A DNA stretch of 64,000 bases from Moniliella sp. 'wahieum' (lineage: Eukaryota). Where the stretch lies: positions 1 through 64,000 of the forward strand of contig RSEE01000101.1 in assembly GCA_003971905.1 (NCBI GenBank), read 5' to 3'. The position numbers and the translations under genes are program-made. This document shows positions 38,813 to 49,153 of this stretch, piece after piece (position 1 is the stretch's first letter; every line of letters begins with the position of its first letter). The notes under the pieces were generated by a model that saw only the letters and a program-made list of their open reading frames with translations, ran no database searches and was not told where the DNA came from.

Positions 38813-40015
38813 GGTGGGCTGGCACGAGAGAGGCGGCGCCTGGGAGCTGTGGCAGCAGGCAGACTATATGGCAGACTGGGCCGTCTGTTGCGCGGGGGGG
38901 ATTGGGGGGGGGCCGAGTGGGGATGGGGGGGCGGGAGGCGGCTTTTGTAGCGGCTGGGGGCGAGGATGTAAGCATGCAACCCGTGGGCCTTGCCTTGCCT
39001 GGCTTGGCGCTGGGCCGAAAAAAAAGGCCGAGATAGTGGGAGGCTGCTGGGACGCGAGACTGGGATCTAACTGAGAATGTGAGCCTCGGCTCGGCCTCCG
39101 ACGCTCGGAGCTCGGAGCTGGCAGCTGGCATCACCCAATCGAATATCGATCCCCCATCCCCGTGGCTGCACGCCACGTGACGTGCGAGCAGCAGCGCCCG
39201 CACCACACCGCAGCCCAACAGCCACCGCTTGAATCGATCGCCTGGGTTGGACGTTGGCCGCGTAGTGCGTGCTTCTTGCGTCCATCCTGCGAGGCTGCTG
39301 CAGCGCTGCAGCGCGACCGCGTGACCCGCTCCCGCCTCCATTACCCGAGCCAGCACCGCGCCAGTGTGCGTGTGCGGCGCCGTCCACAGCCGAGACCTGC
39401 CGGCGCCTCTCCCCGCCCGCCCCAGCCGCCGCACTCGCCGCGGCCCTCTCCCACGCCACGTGACCCCGCTCTCACGCCCCTCCCGGCCGCACGCGGCGCC
39501 GCACCGCCCCAGCACTACGGCAGTGTGCCTACCGCAGAACCCTACCGCTGCACATCCTGTGGCCCTCTGCCTGCCCATCATTAATCAACAAGGTAAACCC
39601 CAAGCACTAGGGTTGCTCTTACCTCAGCTGCTCTCGCCCCCCGCATGCTGGATCGCATGCTCGCACTTCGCAGTTCGCCCTCGCCTGCCCTCGGCCTGGC
39701 CCCCACCACTGACGCCGATCACCACCGTCACCACCATCACCACCTCGTCCACCACCACCACCACCACCACTCACGGCCTGCATCCATCCGGCACGCTCTG
39801 GCCATGCGGCCACGACGACGCCGTCTTCATGCCTCCTCGCCCTGGGCTGCTGTGCACATTCACCTTCGCCCTCGCCTCTCCCCTCCCCCCCGTGCGCACC
39901 TCACCATCAGCCCCCACCTCGAGCACCTCCACCCAGCCTTCCCATAGCCTTTCCGTGCGTGTTCGCTCCCTTTCCTGTCTGCCCATCCTGACCCTTCTGA
40001 CCCTCGCGCGTTGCC

Positions 40016-42185
40016 ATGCCTAGTATGCCATCTCTACCCATTGGGTCACCCAGACCGCCCACTTCCAGACCAGCGCCTCCGGCTTACCTGACAACCAGGC
40101 CGGCTGGATTCCCCGCGCACGAACGCCGTGGTACCAGCGCAAGGCTGTCTTTATCACCTCCTTCTTTCTGCCATCATCATTTTGCTCATTATTGGCGCCG
40201 TGGTGATCATCTTTGATCGCGACCGTTCCCTCACCATGGAAGCGGGTGAGACCGAGGCCGAGGTGGTAGAGCGTGTCCTCCGCACTCGCATGCAGCGCGC
40301 AGAAGAGAAGACGCAGCACCATATCCGACGCAAGACACATCGATGGGACCGACGACTGAGAAAGATGCGTGTCACCGCCAGCTCCCTGGCCACCACCCTA
40401 CCCCGCCCCGTCTCGCCTGGCGCGGGGAACAAAACGCGCTCCCTCGCACGTCCTCCGAACGTCGTCTTCGCTCCCCTCCCAGTATCCGCGCCGCCTCATC
40501 GCAGGAAGGTCATGTCTCTGCTTCGCTCCACGACAGCCCCGATGCCCCCCGCATCTCCACCGCGTCTGTGTCTTCCAGGCGACGGTATCCACCCAACCCC
40601 ATCGCCTGGCCAAGACGATGCTGCAAGTTCCGATTTGGACCAGAGGAATCGTTCCACCTGCGCCTCCGACTCATCTTCCCCAAGCTCCGACTCGGACCCG
40701 GACGCCGCCTCGCCAGATCATCCGCCGGAAGAAGCGGTGGGCTCGATGACTTCCCCCCCCTCGATCGCGTTGACGCCCGCGCCGACCAGACCACCCCCCG
40801 CACAGCCCACTGCAGCCGGGGCATTCGCGCGGGACGACGTTCCTCTTACGCAGGAAGAGCGCGACCTGGCACAGAGGTACATTCTCAACCAAATTAATGG
40901 GCTCAAGGCCCAAATTTCCGAGTGGCGCCAGCTCCAAGAGGACACGGAGGGGGTGGACCTTTCTCGCCGTCGTGCCGAGCCCGAGAGGACCGCGTCCGGA
41001 TCAACAGTGTATCCCCACGACCTTTCCGCCCCACACCAGTCCAGGTCGAGACTCTTGTCCCTAGCCCAACGGGCGCGGGAACGTCCACCTTCCCTTTTGG
41101 CCGCTGCTGTCGACACGCGGGGCCCCGACGTTGACGTCGATGCCGGTGCCAGTGCCGGCGCCGATGACGATCTCGATGCCCCTGACCTCTCTCCTCCCGC
41201 TTACACCTTCCCATTCGACCGCTGCTCCGGTCCCGCGTGCTCATCCGGTGCAATCGGGCGGGGTTGGGGCGCTGGACGTCAAGTCGCCACAGCTGCTCCC
41301 CCCACCTTTGGGCTCGGCTTTGACTCTTCTTCCTCATTCTCTTGCTGATCCTCATTCTCTTTCTGATCCTGTGCCTGTGCCTCTGCCTGTGCCTGGGTCC
41401 ATTACTACGGCACACGTTGCTACGGACGATAAACGTGTCTTGGCCACGTTGCGTGCTGCCGCGTCCCACCCGTCTCCCCTGGTTGGTTCGCCAGACTTGA
41501 CTGCACTTACTGCACCTACTGCACCTACTGCACCTACTGCACCTACTGCCCCGCCCCTTCCCGATGCGCACGGGTTCGAGTTGCGCCCCCAGGCGCTGGG
41601 AAAGGGGAAAGCGATCGAAGCCCATTCGGCTCTGTCGGCGCCAACGTCGGCGTCAATGTCAATGTCGGGGTTAACGTTGGCCTTGCTCCCCCCCCTCCCA
41701 CGCGGTACGAGCCTTCGTTTCGTCTGGTCCCATCCTCGGTCCCTCCGCATTTAGATACGTCTGGGTCTGAGTCGGGGTCGGGGTCGGCACCTGTGCCTCC
41801 ATCTACGTCTACCCGTACGCTTATGCGTTCACTTTGGCCTTCTCCATCTCCTTCGCCTTTGCCGCTTAGCTCCTCGCTTGATCCACCAAAAGTGCCGACA
41901 CCTCCCGCTCTCAACCCCCTACCGCAGGACGAGGAAAAATTGGAGCTGGCAATCCTCTTGCGCGCCTCTACTGCCCCTGGCCCTGCCGCCGTCGATCCCG
42001 TTCCGCTTCCTTCGGCTCCAGCCTGGGACGAGTGGAGTCCCCATCGCCTACCCTCCTCGGATCGGGCCGGTTCTCTCCCCCCGCGCCATCCTCCCCCACC
42101 TCCCTCTCCCAGCACACCCTGCCCACATGCTCTGACTCGATCGACTGATGAGAATGAGATGCGGGATGCAACATGTAACCGGTAA
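40016..42185 (+). CDS. Hypothetical protein with one N-terminal transmembrane helix and a long disordered Pro/Ser-rich body
   Basis: LLLSAIIILLIIGAVVIIF hydrophobic segment and a predicted coiled segment YILNQINGLKAQISEW in chained long + strand ORFs. Confidence 0.5.
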
Positions 42186-42397
42186 CCCCCTCCCCCTTAC
42201 CCCTCTGTGCGGGATCAGCGATCTCACCCGCCGTTATACCCTTATATTTGCTTTGCTTTGGCTTTGCTTTGGCTTTGGTCGGGCTCGGCCCTTGCCTCGG
42301 CTGAAACGTTTTCAGTACTGGGTACTGCTTATTGTTGAAGCTTGAATCCACAGTGCTTGTTTATGCACTTACGTTTTTGTATCATACCCCCGCCGTT

Positions 42398-42496
42398 GCA
42401 CCTTCTCACTCCCTCTCACCCTAATCAAATGCACCTCACCCCTTCTCACCCTAATGGAATGCACATCACTCCCTCTCACTTTAATGACATGCACCT
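42398..42496 (+). repeat. 30-bp minisatellite, about 3 copies
   Basis: GCAC(C/A)TCAC(C/T)CC(C/T)TCTCAC(C/T)(C/T)TAAT..AT repeated at 30-bp spacing. Confidence 0.8.
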
Positions 42497-42576
42497 AGTT
42501 TGTCTCGCCGCGATGCTGTGTGCTACCTGCAATGAGGCTGTGGGCAGCGTGTTGCATGGGCAGGGATATGCATTGT

Positions 42577-43917
42577 TCAATCGTTCCGGATTTCGTCCAT
42601 CCAGACCAAGGTCTTGATTCCTTTGTGTTGTGCAACGGCACGGAAGGCCTCGGCAGCCTGGGGCAGGAGGTAATGGTCGGTTACCAAGTCGTCGGCGGAA
42701 ATCTTGCCTTGCTCCAAGAGGGTCAGTGCGTCCTCAAAGCAGCCGCGGTCGTACCTAAGAACCCCACGGAGCGTCAACTCGCGTCCTGTTACGCGGTACC
42801 AGCAAATGCTCGACAGCGGGAAGCTGGAAATGCCAACGTGGGTGTAGGTCCCACCAAAATCGAGCATTTCCATGCCCTGCATGCTGGCTGCTTCCGCCGC
42901 CGACGCCTCAATCACCACATCCACACCGTGGGGCAAGCCGGCCTGACGGAGCCAGTCCTGGGCCTGCTTTTGGCACACGGCCAACTTTTCCTGTGGCGAG
43001 ACATGGGCGAGTTCGGCCCAGCGCTCGGCGTTCCACGGACTGAGAAAGACATGGTCCGGACGCAAGTGGGGGGGTTTGTTTTGCGTCCAGGCGACCCGGG
43101 TTGGGTCCACATCAATCGCCACGATCGTCTTGGCGCAATTGGCTTTGGCCATCGCCGTGGCAATCTGGCCCACTGGACCCAAGCCAAAAATGGCGACCGT
43201 CTGACACGGCTTGAGTTGCGCTCGCCGTGCCACTTGCACCCCAATCGCAAGCGGTTGCATGCACCCGGCCGTGGTCCAGGTTACTGTATCCGGCAAGCGC
43301 ACCAACGCATCTTGTCGCACACAAATGTACTGCGCCATGCTACCGTTCGTAGGTGGTTTGGCAAAGTACCGTTCGGCTTCACACCGATTAATGTGCCCGG
43401 CAGAACACTGACGACACGTCAAACACGGAATGCCTGGTTTGACCGCTACGCGGTCCCCGATCCGAGCACTCGGTCGTCCATCCGCTTGAGCAACCTCTTC
43501 CACCCCATCAGGTAACCCAATTAACTCCCCAGCACATTCGTGCCCTAACGTCATGGGCTCTTGGATCGTTCGTCCCCCCACCGCTCCACGCATGAACGCC
43601 GTCACGTCCGTACCGCAAATCCCTTGCACCACTACTCGTACCAACGCTTCCCCCGCACCAGGCAAACTCACCGCTCGCTTCTCAATTCGCATATCTTGCG
43701 CTCCGTACACCACCGCCGCAAGATTGTTGCTTAGGTCAATCGATGGCTCACACCCGGCCCCCGAGCTTGATGTGGCCCCGGCCGGGCTGGGCTTGGCGTT
43801 GGCGTTGGCGTTGGCGTTGGCGTTGGCGTTGGCGTTGGCGTTGGCGTTGGCGTTGGCGTTGGGGTTGGAGTTGGCGTTGGTGTTGGAGTTGGGGTGGTGG
43901 TGGCGACACGTGGGCAT
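42577..43917 (-). CDS. Zn-dependent MDR polyol (sorbitol/xylitol-type) dehydrogenase with an N-terminal (Asn-Ala)n tract
   Basis: Intact ORF with GICGTD, GHECAG, structural-zinc CLTCRQC...C, Rossmann GLGPVG followed by the Asp of AIDVD, and RELTLRGVLRY. Confidence 0.9.
   Translation of the reverse strand: MPTCRHHHPNSNTNANSNPNANANANANANANANANANANAKPSPAGATSSSGAGCEPSIDLSNNLAAVVYGAQDMRIEKRAVSLPGAGEALVRVVVQGICGTDVTAFMRGAVGGRTIQEPMTLGHECAGELIGLPDGVEEVAQADGRPSARIGDRVAVKPGIPCLTCRQCSAGHINRCEAERYFAKPPTNGSMAQYICVRQDALVRLPDTVTWTTAGCMQPLAIGVQVARRAQLKPCQTVAIFGLGPVGQIATAMAKANCAKTIVAIDVDPTRVAWTQNKPPHLRPDHVFLSPWNAERWAELAHVSPQEKLAVCQKQAQDWLRQAGLPHGVDVVIEASAAEAASMQGMEMLDFGGTYTHVGISSFPLSSICWYRVTGRELTLRGVLRYDRGCFEDALTLLEQGKISADDLVTDHYLLPQAAEAFRAVAQHKGIKTLVWMDEIRND
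43793..43860 (-). repeat. (AACGCC)n coding hexamer repeat
   Basis: (TTGGCG)n on the + strand, about 11 units. Confidence 0.9.
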
Positions 43918-44715
43918 GATCACTAGACAGGATTGGTGTCTGGTGTAGTGTGTCTGGTGTGGTGTGGGGTGTGTTTGGCGCCGGCCGTGCTCGGGGGAGA
44001 GCACGGGTGGGTCTATATATATTCCGTACCTGCCAAAAAACTCGCCTCAATTTGCTTCGGGATCGTGAGCCGTGAGCTGAGGCAAGCCGGAGCCAAGAAT
44101 CATCGCAGTGACGCTACTGACCAGTGGGGTGACCGGTGACCGGTGACCGGTGACCCACGACCCTAGTGGCCTAGTGGCCTAGTGACCATCCTGCTCGACA
44201 GACACGTGCGTTCCTCCGCGTTTCGATCTTGGGTTCTTGGTCTTCTCCCCTCCCCAGCATACCTTCCCGCTTCCTGACGTTCCCCATCTCTCTCTTGCAG
44301 CAAGAGAGCAGGAGAAGGAACGGAGTACTGAATACTGGAAGCGCACCAGCTTATCTCCGTCCCTAAACCGAAAACCAAGCAAGGATGAGGCACTTGAAGT
44401 GAGGAATCATTAATCCTTCGGGCCTGACGCCTGTAGCAGAATGTGTCTGTGCATCAAACCTGCACTTCATCAGCTTCATCTGCATCATCAGGCTCCAGGC
44501 TCATTGCACGTTCGTCGCACGTTTGACGTTCGAGCCAGCCGAACCGAAACCGGATGACTAGTGAAGCTAGTGTGACTCGATGACTCGATGACTCGATACC
44601 CGGCCTTTCCCCCTCGTCGTGCTCCAAGCTATACCCACTAAAGGAATGGCTTAGAGCAACAGATGAACCCGAGCAGCCCATTTGGGTCAACTTGACCGTT
44701 CAGCGGGGCGTAGTA

Positions 44716-44804
44716 TTGCGTCTTGCTTCCTGCGTCCTGCGTACTGTGTCCTGCGTCCTGTGTCCTGCCTGTGTCTTGTGTACTGTGTCCTGTGTCTTGC
44801 GTAC
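44716..44804 (+). repeat. Degenerate heptad tandem (CCTGYGT-like), about 12 units
   Basis: cctgcgtcctgcgtactgtgtcctgcgtcctgtgt... seen directly. Confidence 0.8.
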
Positions 44805-45754
44805 CGCCGTACGGAGTTCCCCGGTCCACTCGTACTCACAGTCAGTACTCCGTCGCAACATGCCAGCAACACCTCGACGGAGATGCGAGATGATCGTGAT
44901 CGATGAGATCAATTAGCTCAATGATTAATGAGATGTCGAATCAGATCTCAGTCTGAGATGTGCGATGGATGCCATGATGCATGATGATACGATGGGCAGA
45001 TGGCAGATGGGCAGATGGGCAGATCCGGTTGGTGGGTGCTGGCTACGGACGAGCGCTGGCCCGAGCCCCAAGCAGCAAACAGCAATCAAGCTGCCAAAGT
45101 AGCAACCTGGCCAAGGCATCAATATTCAATTTTAATTGAATCAGCTTGGTGCTGGGCGTGGCGAGCGCCAAGCTTTGCTTTGCCGCGGAGGCGGGGGGCT
45201 GTGAGCGCTCAGCCTCCCATCCAATTTCAAACTTCAAACTCCTAGCTGAACTCATCCAGTACATTTGAAAGGTAGGGTTCCCGGTTACAGAGGGAGCTGG
45301 CGCAATTTGGATACTCGGACTCGATATCCAACCAGGAGGTCAATGGCGTCGTTTGCCTCCTGGTCTTCAGACTCTCTCCGACTCAAGTGACGAGTCGAAG
45401 CTTGAAGCATGAACCAGTGTCGTCAACGTTGAGTACGTTGACGGTCCCGTCAATTGAATGATCATGGAACTGCAGGGGAGTCTCGCTTGTTCCCTTTTCA
45501 GGATCTAAACGCCTCCCAAGGCGCTATAAGAGTGGCGTATCCTGGCCAACTCGGCAGCAAACACTCGGGTTCATCTGGCAGTCCCTGCGCCAGGAGGACT
45601 ACAGTATTCACATTGGCGTCGTGCATCAAGCACATTCCATCTCTTCTATAACAAAAAGTACATGCAACCCGCCCCTCCGTGCCGTCCAACGGTCAGACGG
45701 TCACGGCGACCAGTGTGACCCGCCGTGTTTCGGTCCCATCCCACCCAGTACTCA

Positions 45755-47069
45755 CTATTCGTCTTGGGCGTCGTAGGCATTGAGGAATGGGCGAGGAAGC
45801 GAGGGGCGGTATCGCGTCCAAACGAAAGTGGCTTGGTAAGGAACGGCGCACCATTCTGCTTGAGCCATTGGATCAACTCGGCATCCTCGTGCCTCTCGGG
45901 ACGAAGCGAGGGCACAAAGCGAAGTCTGCCAAGAGGTGAACTCGTGTCCGAAGGGAAAGATTGCAAGACGAATTCGATAGCTGTGTTGACACCAGAAGCA
46001 CAGGTTAGCAGCCCGCAGGGGGGAGAAAACGAGAGGGAAAAACGGAATGCGGAACAAGTTGGGGCGGGGGGGGGGGAGGTAAGGAAACGCACAAAAGCCC
46101 TTGGAGGCGAATAGACCTTTGAACCGCAGCGAGCTGGCGTCAACGTCGTCGCCAGGAGAGAGGGGGAGGTGGATCCTCCCTCTTCAAGACGTTCCACCGA
46201 ACGTAACACAATCCCTGTCAAATCCTCGTACAGTCGTCGCACCGCACGCTCTTCCTCTGACCCATCGGTCTTGGTCTTGGCCACCGACAAGGCCGCCGGG
46301 CCGCGCGAGCGCGACAGAAGCGCTTTGGAACTTGCCACTTCCGCATCGAGCAACTTGCGCGTCTCCCGGACTTCAACAGCGAGCGCCTCTTGTGCCTGGA
46401 GTGCTTCCTGTTTATCTTGCCTGGCAAGTTCCAGGAGCTGGACTGCCTCGTGCGCCGAGAGCGGCTCCCCCGTCTCTGGGTCGACCGCACGATCTCCTTC
46501 GGCTGCTGTAGAAGGTCGGGCGGAAGAGAGAGAGGAGGAACTGTGCGACCCATACCCATTCGCCAATTGCTTGCGCAGCTCAGCAATCGTCTCGCGTGCA
46601 TGCCGGTCCCGCTCTTCGGCAGCCTGGTGAGCTGTTTCAGCAGCGCTTCGGCCTTGGTGTGACGAAGCGCGTAAAGCTGATCAAACTGCGCTTGCAACTC
46701 CTCTTTCTCCCGTGCCAGCAGGTCAAACTTGGCCTTCCACTGGGCTGCATCTTCGTCCTCTTCTTCGTCCTCGTCCTCATCCTCGTCCTCGACCGGCACC
46801 GACGTCTGCCCCTCCCCGTCCTCCTCTGAATACGCGTCTCGGTCGGCGTCGGAAGAGGACGCTTGCGCGTGGGCGGACTGCGAGCGGCAGACGCGGCCGG
46901 CTTGGGCGCACGTTTGCTGGATGCCGGCTTGGCTTTCGGAGCGGGAAGGGGTTTGGACTTGGCTTGGGCGCGGGCTTGGGTGCGGGCTTGGCAAGCTTGC
47001 GCGGCGGCGGGAGTCGGACAGGCGCGATGCGTTCTCCTTGTCGTCGCGAGTGAGCGAGAAGGTGCGCAT
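45755..47069 (-). CDS. Monopolin subunit Csm1/Pcs1-like (frameshifted; start uncertain)
   Basis: Coiled coil QFDQLYALRHTKAEALL, signature RRLYEDLTGIVL and C-terminal LRFVP...APFLTKPLSF..DTAPRF. The N-terminus has a KEN box (DDKENAS). Confidence 0.7.
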
Positions 47070-47379
47070 GCTGGTGGCGCTGGTAGTGTTGGGTGTTGTG
47101 CGTGTGGGCGAGGTGTGCTGCGCGAGACGCCGCGAATGGGCGGCGGTGTTTGACGCGGTTGACGCGGGGCGGGGCACGTGACCGTAGCAACGAAGAGGGC
47201 ACGTGACCGTGCGAGGTTCGATAAGACCCAAGATCAGGATGGGTGAGGCCGTGCTGAGACTGAGTGGGACTAAGTTCGAACTCTGCCTCGGCGGTGGCGT
47301 TGAGTGACATCTGAGAAAGCCCGCCCGCCCAGCCTCGCCGCTGCCGTCGCCGTGTGCGCTGTGCTGGCTGCCGTCGCCG

Positions 47380-48930
47380 ATGGAGTGGACCAGCGAGTAC
47401 GCATCGACGCCGTCGGCCACGGCTACACCCTCTCGTCCTCCCTCAGCAGCCGCACCGCCTCCTCCGCCACACCCGCCCGCACCCGCGCCTCGCGCCCTTT
47501 GTTGCCCCGGCCCTGCCCTCGCCCCCCAAGCGCCACGCCCTCCCGCGCCCCACGCCCTTCGCCACCGCCACACCCGCCTCCCTCTCCTCCGACCTCCTCC
47601 CTCCCTTCCCCATGCGCCCGCCGATCCGACAGCGACTCGGACGGCGACTGGAACTGGGTCCAGTACGACCGCGAGCACGAGCTGGGCCAGACGCGCGTCC
47701 ACCTCGGCCGCCGCCGCCACCACTACAGCCGCCGTCCAAGGCCAAAGGCGAGGCCCCGATCCCATCCCATCTCCAACTCCACACGCAGTCCCAGACGCTG
47801 CCCCAGACACACGCACACGCACACACGCAGACACACACGCTCGCCCCACCCCACCCTGCTCTCCCCCGGGCCATGGCAAGCCCCCGCCTAGCTCGGGCGT
47901 GTTGCAGCGCAAGCTCCTGTCGCCTGTCGAAGAGGCCTCGGTCGCTTCCTCGCACGAAGCTACACCCACACCCCCATTGCCACCGTCGTCTCGCGCGACT
48001 TTGCCACGCCCACGCTGCGCCCCAACCTTTACCGCCCATCCCGCACGACCGGGCGCGCCCACCTCCCGTCCCGCTCGATCAGTCGATTCGCACCGGTACG
48101 GACGACCGCTTCTCGTTCCCGATCCCGCTCTCGCCCCAGCACGAATCTGAGCCCGCGCTTCAGCCTCACCTCCAGACTCCGCCTCAGGCTCAGTCTCAGC
48201 CTCAGCCTCAGCTCCAGCCTCAACCCAGTGCCCTTTCGCTGTGCCTATCGGGGCAGCCGGAGGAGGGCGTGGCGTCACACCTTCTTTGCCGGCTCTGTCC
48301 CCCCTCGCGCTCGGGCGCTTTCGCGCCCGCAGCGTCTGGGACGACGGGGCAGAACATGATCGTCCTACGTTGAAGTTAGTGATGAACTTGGTCGTGACGT
48401 GCAGTGCGGTGGAGCAGCCGTTCCCGCACACTTCGGGACTCACCTCGGACGGCCACCGACCGAAATTTGGCCCATCGTCGGGGTCGTTGGGACGCCGTAT
48501 CCCCCTCTGGTGAACGGGTGGGCGGTACCGTCGTACCTGGCGGAGCGGACTTGCCTATCCTCCGCCCTGATGGCACAGAAGTGGTAGATGCCATGTACCG
48601 CCTCCGATCGGACGAAGGTCAAACTGTCTTGATTCATAATCGCGGACTGGTCTACCCTGCCACTACCTCGTCCCCCACCCACACCTTGTCGGCCACCGAA
48701 CAAGTGCCAGTCCAAGTGCCAGCGCAAGAGCAAGAGCATGAGCAAGAGCAGAGGAGCAAGAGCAAGAACGCTACCGTCTGCAACCTACGTTTATTGCGCC
48801 AGCCGAGGGTCCACTGAACTTCCTCAACTCCCATCTGTTTGTGGCGAGTTTGGTGGATGTGCCGCCGCACCTGGCTCGCGCACGAGAGGGGGAGAACGAT
48901 CGGTTGATCCAGGTGTACTGTTTGCTCTGA
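47380..48930 (+). CDS. DUF3237/UPF0311-like beta-barrel protein, apparently with a long low-complexity N-terminal extension
   Basis: GTVVPGGADLPILRPDG..VVDAMYRLRSDEGQTVLIHNRGLV...YRLQPTF...LNFLNSHLFV...LIQVY. The N-terminal extent is uncertain. Confidence 0.65.
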
Positions 48931-48965
48931 GATCTAAGATCTGAGATCTAAGATATGAGATCTGA
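48926..48965. repeat. (AGATCT-R)5 heptad array
   Basis: agatct a agatct g agatct a agatat g agatct seen directly. Confidence 0.9.
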
Positions 48966-49153
48966 CTATCCATCCATCTTGGCATCACACGACAAACAAA
49001 CAGAGGGTATAGAAAAGAGAGCGGAGCGATGCGCAGCAGAGGATGAAGCGGATAGGCGGAGTGGAGTGGAGTGGATGTGTGGATGTGGGAGATGTAGGTG
49101 GGGGATGTAGAGTGGAGAGGTAGAATGGATAGTGGAGAGGTAGAATGGAAAGG

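Noticed and set aside
42520..43515. 331-aa plus-strand ORF
   Set aside because: Antisense shadow of the polyol dehydrogenase, with no motifs of its own.
36945..43917. Secondary-metabolite cluster (Zn2Cys6 TF, MFS transporter, dehydrogenase)
   Set aside because: No backbone enzyme (PKS, NRPS or terpene synthase), and the genes are separated by unrelated loci.
46218..48443. 741-aa minus-strand ORF and many other long overlapping ORFs
   Set aside because: These are shadow frames expected in GC-rich DNA. Only part overlaps the Csm1-like gene; the rest is antisense to the DUF3237 gene.
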